Notes under the pieces: generated by a model
The model's input: the letters and a program-made list of their open reading frames with translations, nothing else
Databases searched by the model: none
Told to the model about the DNA's origin: nothing
Position numbers and translations under genes: made by a program
DNA from: an uncultured Enterobacteriaceae bacterium
GTDB lineage: Bacteria; Pseudomonadota; Gammaproteobacteria; Burkholderiales; SG8-39
Assembly (NCBI GenBank): GCA_964638135.1
Contig: CAZXAR010000001.1
Span: 13,333-75,338, forward strand
DNA: 62,006 nt
Direction of reading: 5' to 3'
In this document: positions 40,122-48,589 of the stretch, piece after piece
Numbering within the stretch: position 1 is the stretch's first letter
Layout: every line of letters begins with the position of its first letter

Positions 40122-41639
40122 GTGTGCGGCATTCTCGGTATCGTCGCGCGTTCACCGGTCAACCAGCTTCTCTACGAAGGGCTGCTCCTGCTGCAGCACC
40201 GCGGCCAGGACGCCGCCGGCATTGTCACCGCTGAAGGCAAGACGTTCCACATGCACAAGGGCAGCGGGATGGTGCGGGACGTGTTCCGGACCCGCAACAT
40301 GCGCGCGCTTCCCGGGAACTTCGGCATCGCGCACTGCCGCTACCCCACCGCCGGTTCGGCGTTCAATTCCGCGGAAGCGCAGCCGTTCTACGTAAATTCC
40401 CCGTTCGGCATCGTTCTGGGCCACAACGGCAACCTGACGAATACCGATGCGCTCAAGGAAGAAATGTTCCGGCAGGATCTGCGCCACATCAATACCAATT
40501 CGGATTCCGAGGTGCTGCTCAACGTGCTCGCGCACGAGTTGGAAAAGGCCTCCGTCAAGCTCAGACTCGATCCGCAGACCATTTTCACGGCCGTATCGGC
40601 GGTCCACCGCCGGGTTCGCGGCGCGTACGCGGTGATCGCCATGATCGCCGGGTACGGCGTGCTCGCGTTTCGCGATCCGTACGGCATTCGGCCGGCGGTG
40701 ATCGGCTACAACGAGACCGAGCGCGGCATGGAGTACATCGTCGCCTCCGAGTCGGTCGCGGTGGATGCGCTGGGATTCCGCCTGCTGCGCGACATCGGTC
40801 CCGGCGAGGCAGTGCTGATCGATGAAAGCGGTGCCTTCTACAGCCAGCAGTGCGCCGCGTCGGCTTCGCTCAATCCGTGCATATTCGAGTACGTCTATCT
40901 CGCGCGGCCCGATTCGCTGATCGATGGTGCCTCGGTCTACGAGGCGCGCCTGCACATGGGGGACGCGCTGGCCGAGAAGATCAAGCGTGAGTACCGGCAT
41001 CTGGAAATCGACGTCGTCATCCCGATTCCCGACTCGAGCCGTCCGTCGGCCCTGCAGCTTGCGCTCGGCTTGGGGGTGCCGTACCGCGAGGGCTTCGTCA
41101 AGAATCGCTATATCGGCCGCACGTTCATCATGCCGGGGCAGGCCGTGCGCAAGCGTTCGGTGCGCCAGAAGCTCAACGTAATCGCGATGGAGTTCCGGGG
41201 CAAGAACGTCCTGCTCGTGGACGACTCGATCGTGCGCGGTACCACCAGCCGGGAAATCGTGCAGATGGCGCGCGAATCGGGCGCGCACAAGGTGTTTTTC
41301 GCCTCGGCCGCACCGCCGGTGCGGTTCCCGAACGTGTACGGCATCGACATGCCGACGCGGGCCGAGCTGATCGCCGCGCGCCGCACCGAGGAGGAGGTTT
41401 CGCACGAGATCGGGGCCGACGCACTGATCTACCAGGAGCTCGACGCGCTGAAGGACGCGGTGCGCCGCCTCAATCCGAAACTGACCGGCTTCGAGACCTC
41501 GTGCTTCGACGGCACGTATGTCACAGGCGATGTCACCAATGACTATCTGCGGGCCATCGAGACGCAGCGCGACGCGGCGCGCGACGCGAGCGACGAGGAC
41601 ATGGCGCAACTCGATCTCAACCTGGTGGCCGCCGGATGA
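40122..41639 (+). CDS. purF: Amidophosphoribosyltransferase
   Basis: Ntn-type start GTG-TGC (M-CGILGIV), so the nucleophile Cys directly follows the initiator. A PRTase domain is present. The track ORF start at 40089 lies upstream of this. Confidence 0.95.
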   Translation: MCGILGIVARSPVNQLLYEGLLLLQHRGQDAAGIVTAEGKTFHMHKGSGMVRDVFRTRNMRALPGNFGIAHCRYPTAGSAFNSAEAQPFYVNSPFGIVLGHNGNLTNTDALKEEMFRQDLRHINTNSDSEVLLNVLAHELEKASVKLRLDPQTIFTAVSAVHRRVRGAYAVIAMIAGYGVLAFRDPYGIRPAVIGYNETERGMEYIVASESVAVDALGFRLLRDIGPGEAVLIDESGAFYSQQCAASASLNPCIFEYVYLARPDSLIDGASVYEARLHMGDALAEKIKREYRHLEIDVVIPIPDSSRPSALQLALGLGVPYREGFVKNRYIGRTFIMPGQAVRKRSVRQKLNVIAMEFRGKNVLLVDDSIVRGTTSREIVQMARESGAHKVFFASAAPPVRFPNVYGIDMPTRAELIAARRTEEEVSHEIGADALIYQELDALKDAVRRLNPKLTGFETSCFDGTYVTGDVTNDYLRAIETQRDAARDASDEDMAQLDLNLVAAG

Positions 41640-41648
41640 TGCTATAAT
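41640..41648 (+). promoter_or_regulatory. Putative extended -10 promoter (TGcTATAAT) for the metZ leader
   Basis: TGCTATAAT lies immediately after the purF stop codon, in an AT-rich patch. Confidence 0.4.
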
Positions 41649-41654
41649 TTTTGC

Positions 41655-41710
41655 ATCGCGCCGATTTGAGACACAGCTTGCGGGCGCGTTACAAGTCCAG
41701 CTAAAGCGTG
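41655..41710 (+). promoter_or_regulatory. Candidate SAM-II-like (metA-motif-like) pseudoknot riboswitch in the metZ leader
   Basis: P1 helix CGCGCC (41657-41662) / GGCGCG (41683-41688). The enclosed loop carries GAUUU and AGCUUG. The 3' tail (CAAGU at 41692-41696 or AAGC at 41704-41707) can pair with the loop GCUUG. The element sits between a -10 box and a terminator, upstream of a methionine gene. Not verified with a covariance model. Confidence 0.35.
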
Positions 41711-41717
41711 CCGTTGA

Positions 41718-41749
41718 AACCCGGTCCGCTTGGCCGGGTTTTTTGTTTT
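41718..41749 (+). terminator. Rho-independent terminator (purF terminator and/or metZ leader attenuator)
   Basis: 9-bp stem AACCCGGTC / GGCCGGGTT with loop CGCTT, followed by TTTTTTGTTTT. Confidence 0.75.
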
Positions 41750-41792
41750 GCGGCGTATTTCGTTTCGGCGCCCGCGGGCTCGAGGAACTGAG

Positions 41793-42968
41793 ATGGAGAA
41801 GAAACCCGAGCTCGCCACCCTGGGCGTGCGCGCAGGCCAGGCGCGCAGCGAATTTCACGAGCACTCCGAGGCCCTTTACCTGACGTCGAGCTTCGTGTTC
41901 GACAATGCGGCGCAGGCCGCGGGGCGCTTTACCGGCGGCGAAGAGGGATTCGTCTATTCGCGCTTCACCAACCCGACCGTGTTCATGATGCAGGACCGCC
42001 TCGCCGCGCTCGAGGGCGCCGAGGCCTGCGTGGCCACTGCGTCGGGCATGTCGGCGATTCTCGCGATGTCGATGGCGCTGCTCAAGGCGGGCGACCACGT
42101 GGTCTGCTCGAACGCGGTATTCGGCGCCACCGTGCAGCTCTATGCGGGAGTCCTCGCGCGCTTCGGGGTCGAGACCACGTTCGTTCCGGCCACCGATCCG
42201 GCACACTGGGAACGTGCGCTGCGGCCGAACACGCGGCTGCTGTTTCTCGAGACGCCCTCCAATCCGCTCACCGAAATTTCGGATGTCGCGGCACTGGCGC
42301 GCCTGGCGAAAAAGGCGGGGGCGATGCTTGCGGTGGACAACGCGTTCTGCACTCCGGTCCTGCAGCGGCCCCTGGAGCTGGGCGCGGATCTCGTCATTCA
42401 TTCGGCGACCAAGTACCTCGACGGGCAGGGCCGCGTTCTTGGTGGCGCGGTGCTCGGTCCGAAGGGGCCGCTGATGGACGCGGTGTTCGGCTTTCTGCGC
42501 ACCGCGGGCCCGTCGCTCTCGCCATTCAATGCCTGGGTGATCCTCAAGGGCATGGAAACGCTCGAAGTGCGGATGCTCGCACAGTCGGAGCGGGCGCTCG
42601 AGCTGGCGCGCTGGCTCGAGTCGCATTCGAAGGTGGCGCGGGTGTTCTATCCGGGCCTGCCCTCGCATCCGCAGCATGCGCTGGCGATGCGGCAGCAGCG
42701 CGCAGGAGGCGCGGTCGTCGCCTTCGAGGTCAAGGGCGGCAGGCCGGCGGCGTGGAAGGTGGTCGATGCCGCGCGCCTGATCTCGATCACCGGCAACCTG
42801 GGCGACGTCAAGACGACGCTCACGCATCCCGCGACCACGACCCATGGACGAATTTCGCCCGAAGCGCGGGCCGCCGCCGGGATCGGCGAGGGATTGCTGC
42901 GCGTCGCGGTCGGGCTGGAGGCGGTGTCCGATCTGAAAGCCGACCTCGCGCGCGGCCTCGACGCGTAG
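41793..42968 (+). CDS. metZ: O-succinylhomoserine sulfhydrylase
   Basis: Cys/Met-metabolism PLP enzyme (SATKYLDGQG Lys motif), similar to MetZ along its length. The ATG at 41793 is preceded by GAGGAA. Confidence 0.9.
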   Translation: MEKKPELATLGVRAGQARSEFHEHSEALYLTSSFVFDNAAQAAGRFTGGEEGFVYSRFTNPTVFMMQDRLAALEGAEACVATASGMSAILAMSMALLKAGDHVVCSNAVFGATVQLYAGVLARFGVETTFVPATDPAHWERALRPNTRLLFLETPSNPLTEISDVAALARLAKKAGAMLAVDNAFCTPVLQRPLELGADLVIHSATKYLDGQGRVLGGAVLGPKGPLMDAVFGFLRTAGPSLSPFNAWVILKGMETLEVRMLAQSERALELARWLESHSKVARVFYPGLPSHPQHALAMRQQRAGGAVVAFEVKGGRPAAWKVVDAARLISITGNLGDVKTTLTHPATTTHGRISPEARAAAGIGEGLLRVAVGLEAVSDLKADLARGLDA

Positions 42969-43004
42969 CGCCGGGCGCGGGTCGCTGCGGCTTCACCGCC
43001 GCAT

Positions 43005-43739
43005 TCAGAACCCGATCAGTCGCGCACCCATTTCGTCGATGGCGAGATAGCCGCCCGTTCCGTACCAATCGGGCAGCACCCAGCGCTCGCAGCGTGCGCC
43101 GTCCACCTCGATCACATGGTGTGCGGAGCGGTGGGTGTGCCCGTGGACCATGCGGCGCACGCCGTGCCGGCGAAACGACTCCCGCACGGCGCCCTCGTTC
43201 ACGTCCATGATCTCCGGCGCCTTGGCGGCGACCACCTGCCGGCTTTTCTCCCGCAGCTCGAGCATTTGCGCGCGCCTCGCACCGAGCGGAAGGGCGAGGA
43301 AATCCCGCTGCCAGGTTTCCGACCGCGCGGTGCGCCGCCACGCCTGGTAGTCATGATCGTCGGTACAGAGCGTGTCGCCATGCAGGAGCAGCGTCGGGAC
43401 TCCCGCCACGTCCACGACCACCGGGTCCGCCAGTGCCTGCGCGCCGCTGGCGGAGAGAAAATCGCCGCCGATCAGGAAATCCCGGTTTCCCGTCATCAGG
43501 CGCACGGGAACCTGCGCCTGCGTCAGAGCGCGCAGCGCGCGCCCGGCCTCGCGCGCGAGCGGGTCGCCGTCGGGGCTGCGAAGCTCGTCGTCGCCGATCC
43601 AGTATTCGAACAGGTCGCCAAGGATGTACAGCGCACGCGCGCGGGCGGCTTCGTCGGCGAGAAAGCGCAAGAACCGGGCAGTACTGGCGGGCCGCTCGCC
43701 GGTCAGGTGCAGATCGGAGATGAACAGCGTGCGCGCCAC
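43005..43739 (-). CDS. lpxH: UDP-2,3-diacylglucosamine diphosphatase
   Basis: Metallophosphoesterase motifs FISDLHL, GDLFEYW, GNRD, HGD and HGHTH. GTG start. Confidence 0.9.
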   Translation of the reverse strand: MARTLFISDLHLTGERPASTARFLRFLADEAARARALYILGDLFEYWIGDDELRSPDGDPLAREAGRALRALTQAQVPVRLMTGNRDFLIGGDFLSASGAQALADPVVVDVAGVPTLLLHGDTLCTDDHDYQAWRRTARSETWQRDFLALPLGARRAQMLELREKSRQVVAAKAPEIMDVNEGAVRESFRRHGVRRMVHGHTHRSAHHVIEVDGARCERWVLPDWYGTGGYLAIDEMGARLIGF

Positions 43740-43740
43740 A

Positions 43741-44340
43741 TCATTTCTTCGGCGGCACGATCGTCATTTTCTCGATGACCACCATCTCGCGCGGCGCGTC
43801 GCGCGTGAACGGGCCGGCGGCGCCGGTCGCCGCGTTGGCGATGTTTCCTACCACGTCGAGGCCTGCGATCACCTTGCCGAACACCGCGTAGCCATTGCCG
43901 TCGCCGCGCGGATCGCCCCAATTGAGAAACGCGTTGTCGTTGACGTTGATGAAGAACTGCGACGTCGCCGAATGCGGGTTCGACGTGCGGGCCATGGCGA
44001 TCGTGCCGATATCGTTCTTCAGTCCCGCCCGGATGCCTGCCTCGGCCTCATTGCGAATCGGCGTCCGGGTCTTCTTCTGCTGGTAGTTCCGCTCGAATCC
44101 GCCGCCCTGGATCATGAATCCCGCGATCACGCGGTGAAAGATCGTGCCGTCGTAATGGCCGTCCTTCACGTACTGCAGGAAATTCTCGACCGTCGCCGGC
44201 GCCTTGTCCGGATAGAGTTCCAGCCGGATGGTGCCCGCGCTGGTCTGGAGTTCGACTTGCGGATCGGCCGCGAACACGGCGGTCGCGCCGACCGTGGCGG
44301 CCAGGGCGACCAGCGGGGCAAACAGGTCGAAAGAGTTCAT
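43741..44340 (-). CDS. ppiA: Periplasmic cyclophilin-type peptidyl-prolyl cis-trans isomerase
   Basis: Signal peptide (LVALAATVGATAVFA) and the cyclophilin core FHRVIAGFMIQGGG. Confidence 0.9.
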   Translation of the reverse strand: MNSFDLFAPLVALAATVGATAVFAADPQVELQTSAGTIRLELYPDKAPATVENFLQYVKDGHYDGTIFHRVIAGFMIQGGGFERNYQQKKTRTPIRNEAEAGIRAGLKNDIGTIAMARTSNPHSATSQFFINVNDNAFLNWGDPRGDGNGYAVFGKVIAGLDVVGNIANAATGAAGPFTRDAPREMVVIEKMTIVPPKK

Positions 44341-44342
44341 TG

Positions 44343-44351
44343 TGCTATACT
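44343..44351 (+). promoter_or_regulatory. Putative extended -10 promoter (TGcTATACT) for cysS
   Basis: Same 16-mer as upstream of ndk (GTGCTATACTTTTCAA, 44342-44357). It lies about 90 nt upstream of the cysS GTG. Confidence 0.35.
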
Positions 44352-44441
44352 TTTCAAGGGCCTACGCGATTTTTCCGATTCTAGACGAAGCCCCTCACGC
44401 CGACAACCCGGCCCGGCGGCAGGACCGCGCTCCGAATCCTC

Positions 44442-45806
44442 GTGCTCCGACTCTATAACTCGCTGGCGCGCGAAAAACAGGACTTCGTCCCGATCCGGCC
44501 GGGCGAAGTGCGGATGTACGTCTGCGGCATGACCGTGTACGACTACTGCCATCTCGGACACGCCCGCATGATGGTCGCCTTCGACATCATCCGGCGCTGG
44601 CTGCTCGCAAGCGGCTATCGGGTGACGTACGTGCGCAACATCACGGACGTGGACGACAAGATCGTTCAGCGCGCGCGCGAGAACGCAGAGCCGGTCGAAG
44701 CACTCACGGCGCGCTTCATCGCCTACATGGACGAAGACGTCGGCGCGCTCGGGGTGCTCCGGCCCGATCACGAGCCGCGCGCCACGCGTTTCGTGCCGCA
44801 GATGCAGGACCTCATCGCCCGGCTGGAGGAAAAGGGGCTCGCCTACCGTGCGGCCAGCGGCGACGTCAATTTCGCGGTGCGCAGGTTTCCCGGCTACGGC
44901 CGCCTTTCGGGCAAGTCGCTCGACGAGTTGCGCGCCGGCGAGCGCGTCGAGGTGGACGCCTCCAAGCTCGACCCGCTCGATTTCGTGCTCTGGAAGCGTT
45001 CCAAGCCCGACGAGCCGAAGTGGCCTTCGCCCTGGGGCGAGGGGCGTCCCGGCTGGCACCTCGAATGCTCCGCCATGAGTTGCGCGCTGCTCGGCGAGCA
45101 TTTCGACATCCACGGCGGCGGCCAGGACCTGCAGTTCCCGCATCACGAGAACGAAATCGCCCAGTCGGAGGGTGCGCACGGCGGCACGTTCGTCAATTAC
45201 TGGCTGCACAACGGGTTCGTGCGCGTGGACGACGAGAAGATGTCCAAGTCGCTGGGCAATTTCTTCACGATTCGCGACATCCTCAAGCGCTTTGATCCGG
45301 AGGTGGTGCGCTTTTTCATCCTGCGCGCCCATTACCGCAGCCCGCTCAACTACTCCGATACGCACCTCGAGGATGCGCGCCAGGCGCTGACGCGCCTGTA
45401 CCGCGCGCTCGACGCGGCGCCGTCGGCCTCCAGTGGCGTGGACTGGGGCGAGCCGCACGCCGGACGCTTTCGCGAGGCGATGGACGACGATTTCGGCACG
45501 CCGGAGGCCGTGCGCGTGCTGTTCGAGCTTGCACACGAGATCGGTCGCGGAAACGCCGGGCTCGCGCCGCAACTGCGGGCACTGGGCGCGGTGCTCGGTC
45601 TGCTGCAGCGGGGAACGACGGAGTTCCTGCGCGCCGCGCCCGGAGAGCGCGCTGCGGTCGCCGAAATCGAGTCCCTGATCGCCGAGCGCGCCGCCGCTCG
45701 CAGGGCGCGCGACTTCGCGCGCGCCGATCAGATCAGGCGGGAGCTCGAGCGCGGCGGGATCGTTCTCGAGGATGGCACGGCAGGCACGACCTGGCGCAGG
45801 AAATAG
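44442..45806 (+). CDS. cysS: Cysteine--tRNA ligase
   Basis: Class I aminoacyl-tRNA synthetase motifs HLGH ([10 protein letters not shown]) and KMSKS. GTG start. Confidence 0.95.
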   Translation: MLRLYNSLAREKQDFVPIRPGEVRMYVCGMTVYDYCHLGHARMMVAFDIIRRWLLASGYRVTYVRNITDVDDKIVQRARENAEPVEALTARFIAYMDEDVGALGVLRPDHEPRATRFVPQMQDLIARLEEKGLAYRAASGDVNFAVRRFPGYGRLSGKSLDELRAGERVEVDASKLDPLDFVLWKRSKPDEPKWPSPWGEGRPGWHLECSAMSCALLGEHFDIHGGGQDLQFPHHENEIAQSEGAHGGTFVNYWLHNGFVRVDDEKMSKSLGNFFTIRDILKRFDPEVVRFFILRAHYRSPLNYSDTHLEDARQALTRLYRALDAAPSASSGVDWGEPHAGRFREAMDDDFGTPEAVRVLFELAHEIGRGNAGLAPQLRALGAVLGLLQRGTTEFLRAAPGERAAVAEIESLIAERAAARRARDFARADQIRRELERGGIVLEDGTAGTTWRRK

Positions 45807-45811
45807 CCGGG

Positions 45812-45988
45812 CTACGCTGCGGATGTTGCGCTCGCGCCGTCGGCGGAACGGACTTCCAGATCCGCTCCGGCGGGATAAAGCGGCTTCAGGCGTTCGCGCA
45901 CCGAGCGGATCCTGGTCTGCTGCGGATCGGCGGCTGGCGCGATGGACGATTTCCTTTCATCCAGGCGTGGAGCACCCGGTGCCGCCAT
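45812..45988 (-). pseudogene. Possible relic of the C-terminus of a LytS-type histidine kinase
   Basis: The minus-strand translation ends ...QQTRIRSVRERLKPLYPAGADLEVRSADGA*. This resembles the G2-box/C-terminal region of the adjacent kinase (GVGLSSIRERLKLLYGSEAELKIADNA). No kinase-like sequence lies upstream of it. Confidence 0.3.
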
Positions 45989-46079
45989 TTCTGCATTCCA
46001 TCGCATGGCGCTGGAGGCGAGGGCCCCCGGGCGCCTAGATTGCGCGGTGTTACCTCGGCACTCGACAGGAGCAGGAACG

Positions 46080-46337
46080 ATGGGAACGAAGCGATGGATC
46101 GCGATGGTCTCCCTGGCATTCGCGGCGGGAACGGCGGTTGCAGCGTTCCTGAACCAGGTCCGGGCGCCAACCGAGGCCGCCGGCGCCGCCGCGCAGGAGA
46201 ATCGTTCCGCGAGCAGCGTCGCCCGCGTCGTGGTCGTGGGCGATCGCGCCGCGCACGGATTCGCAGCCGTGCCCCGCATCGTCGTCACGGGCAGGCGGCC
46301 CGCCGCTCCTTCGGCGGGGGCGGTCGCGAAGCTGTAA
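46080..46337 (+). CDS. Small hypothetical secreted/membrane-anchored protein (85 aa)
   Basis: The ATG is preceded by AGGAGCAGGAA. N-terminal signal/anchor (MGTKRWIAMVSLAFAAGTAVAAF), GC-rich third codon positions, and an internal repeat (ARVVVVGDR / PRIVVTGRR). Confidence 0.45.
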   Translation: MGTKRWIAMVSLAFAAGTAVAAFLNQVRAPTEAAGAAAQENRSASSVARVVVVGDRAAHGFAAVPRIVVTGRRPAAPSAGAVAKL

Positions 46338-46376
46338 GCTTCGCGCCTCGCTCGCCTGCTGCCGGACCGAGATGTC

Positions 46377-47750
46377 GTGACCGCGCCATCCAACCCGACC
46401 GCCACCACCGGAGTATGGGAACGCTTTGCCGCGGCGGTGATTCGCGCATTCCACGCGTATGCGCGCTGGCTTGCGGGAATCAGCTGGAAACGGTTTTTCC
46501 TCCTGTCGATCCTGCTGCTCGTCGCAGCCGCCTTGCTTCGGGAGATACCGCCGTTTACGTGGAGAATCACACGCAGTCTGCCCAGCGCCGAAGAGCCGCC
46601 GAGACGCGCCGCCAAAGCGCCGAAGAAACCGGCCCGGAGCGGGGAAACGAAACGCGAAGCAAGGGGAGAGGTGGAAATCAAGATCGGGCCGGACGGAGTG
46701 CGCATTCTGCGCAGCCCGGCGCCGCAGAAGCCGGCAGCAGAGCCATCGCCCGAGGGCGAAGCGGCAGGCGAAGCCGGTAGCGAAGAGCACCGGACACCGC
46801 AGACGCCCGACGCGCCGAATGCGCGTTCCCAGGGCGACACCTCCTCCTCGGGGGTGCAGATCATCCTGCCGCCCGGCGCTGACCGGGAAAAACTGCTCGA
46901 CACGATCGGCAAGGTCCTCGACCGCATCGAGGGAGTCGTTGCGGACGAGGTCGACCGTGAAATGCGCGGCGCGACCCGGCGCACCACGACCGTGCGGGTG
47001 GGCGAGTTCCTTCCGCAGCTGGCGATGCTGTTCATCGTCGCCTCGGCGATTCTGAAAATGGTCTACGCCGGTCGCGTCCAGGCGGAAAGGAAGGCGGCGG
47101 CGGCCGAAGAAGCGGCCGAGGCCGAGAGCCTCAGGCGCCAAGTGGTCGAGGCCCGAATGGCGGCGATGCAGGCCCAGGTCGAGCCGCACTTTCTCTTCAA
47201 TACCCTGGCCAGCATCGACCACCTGATCGAAGTGGACCCGTCGCGCGCCAGCCAGATGCAGAAGAATCTGATCGCGCTGTTGCGCGCCTCGATGCCATCG
47301 ATGCGCGAGGGCTCCACCAGCCTGGGCCGCGAACTGCAGGTCGTGCGCCCATATCTTGAAATCCTCAAAGTGCGCATGCAAGAGCGCCTGCGAACGGAGC
47401 TCGATGTCGGCGAAGGCCTGTACAGCGCCGAGTTTCCTCCGATGATGCTGCAATCGCTGGTCGAAAACGCGATCAAGCATGGCCTGGAACCCAAACCGGA
47501 CGGCGGCTCGCTTTCGCTGGCCGCCCACGTTGCGCATGGAAAGTTGACCGTCACGGTCGCCGACACCGGCGTCGGATTCGGCCGCGCGGCGACGGCGGGA
47601 ACCGGCGTCGGCCTGAGCAGCATTCGCGAACGCCTCAAGCTGCTCTACGGCTCCGAAGCGGAGCTGAAGATCGCCGACAACGCGCCCACTGGCACCCGCG
47701 TCACGGTCGTCGTACCCTACCGGATTGCCGATGGGAACCGCCAGGCCTGA
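46377..47750 (+). CDS. LytS/YehU-type sensor histidine kinase with an atypical 2-TM, low-complexity sensor region
   Basis: His_kinase motif EPHFLFNTL. HATPase_c boxes are LVENAIKHG, DTGVGF and GTGVGLSSIRERL. Two TM segments flank a ~185-aa charged, Pro-rich loop. GTG start. Confidence 0.85.
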   Translation: MTAPSNPTATTGVWERFAAAVIRAFHAYARWLAGISWKRFFLLSILLLVAAALLREIPPFTWRITRSLPSAEEPPRRAAKAPKKPARSGETKREARGEVEIKIGPDGVRILRSPAPQKPAAEPSPEGEAAGEAGSEEHRTPQTPDAPNARSQGDTSSSGVQIILPPGADREKLLDTIGKVLDRIEGVVADEVDREMRGATRRTTTVRVGEFLPQLAMLFIVASAILKMVYAGRVQAERKAAAAEEAAEAESLRRQVVEARMAAMQAQVEPHFLFNTLASIDHLIEVDPSRASQMQKNLIALLRASMPSMREGSTSLGRELQVVRPYLEILKVRMQERLRTELDVGEGLYSAEFPPMMLQSLVENAIKHGLEPKPDGGSLSLAAHVAHGKLTVTVADTGVGFGRAATAGTGVGLSSIRERLKLLYGSEAELKIADNAPTGTRVTVVVPYRIADGNRQA

Positions 47751-47764
47751 CTGACCACCCGCGC

Positions 47765-48583
47765 ATGAACCCCCGGGCCGTGATCGCGGATGACGAGCCG
47801 TTGATGCGCGAGCAGTTGCGCGCCCGCCTCGGAGAGGTGTGGCCCGAACTGGAAATCGCGGCGGAAGCGCGCAACGGAGCCGAAGCGCTGGAGCAGATCA
47901 CGGCGCAGAATCCGGACCTCGTGTTTCTCGACATTCGCATGCCCGTCAAGTCGGGCATCGAGGTGGCGCGCGAGATCGCGGCGGCGGATCGCTCCAACGG
48001 CGCGCTGCCGCCGGAGATCGTGTTCGTGACGGCCTACGACCAGTACGCGATCGAAGCCTTCGAGCAGGGCGTCATCGACTACGTGCTCAAGCCTGCCGAG
48101 CGCGACAGGCTGCAGGTCACGGTGGCGCGGGTTCGCGAGCGGCTCGCGAACCGCGCCGCGAGCGCGCGCGGCGACGCGGATTCCGTGGACCGGACGCGGG
48201 CCGCCCTGCAACAGGTGCTGGCGCGCCTCGCCGAGCAGCTGGGATCGCGCGAGCCGCAGCACCTGAGGTGGATCCAGGCGAGCGTGGGATCGCAGATCCA
48301 GATGATTCCGGTCGAGGAGGTGCTGTTTTTCGTCTCCGACGAGAAATACACGCGCGTGCAGACCGAACGGGCCGAGGCGCTCATCCGCAAACCGATCAAG
48401 GAACTGGCGGCGGAGCTGGACCCGGCGCATTTCTGGCAGATCCACCGCTCCACGCTGGTGAACGCGCGCGCCATCGCCGGCGTGGGCCGCGACGAGCGCG
48501 GACGTCAACTGGTCAGCGTCAAGGGGTCCACCGAGAAGCTCGAGGTCAGCCGAACCTACGCGCACCTGTTCAAGGGCATGTAG
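47765..48583 (+). CDS. LytR/AlgR-family (LytTR) response regulator
   Basis: REC domain (VIADDEPLMRE...LVFLDIRMP) and a C-terminal LytTR DNA-binding domain (FFVSDEKYTRV...HRSTLVN). Confidence 0.9.
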   Translation: MNPRAVIADDEPLMREQLRARLGEVWPELEIAAEARNGAEALEQITAQNPDLVFLDIRMPVKSGIEVAREIAAADRSNGALPPEIVFVTAYDQYAIEAFEQGVIDYVLKPAERDRLQVTVARVRERLANRAASARGDADSVDRTRAALQQVLARLAEQLGSREPQHLRWIQASVGSQIQMIPVEEVLFFVSDEKYTRVQTERAEALIRKPIKELAAELDPAHFWQIHRSTLVNARAIAGVGRDERGRQLVSVKGSTEKLEVSRTYAHLFKGM

Positions 48584-48589
48584 GCGCAA

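Noticed and set aside
40152-42845. 897-aa minus-strand ORF spanning purF and metZ. Similar long antisense ORFs lie at 6072-8426, 10639-12039, 28108-29373, 55313-57010 and 59858-61798.
   Set aside because: Each lies antisense to well-supported housekeeping genes and translates to Arg/Ala/Gly-rich sequence without motifs. Stop-codon scarcity in GC-rich DNA explains them.
45812-47035. 407-aa minus-strand ORF, and the 495-aa ORF at 46050-47537, opposite the histidine kinase gene
   Set aside because: Both are antisense to a kinase with clear His_kinase and HATPase motifs. Only the last ~58 codons (45812-45988), which lie outside the kinase gene, look meaningful; they are reported separately as a possible relic.
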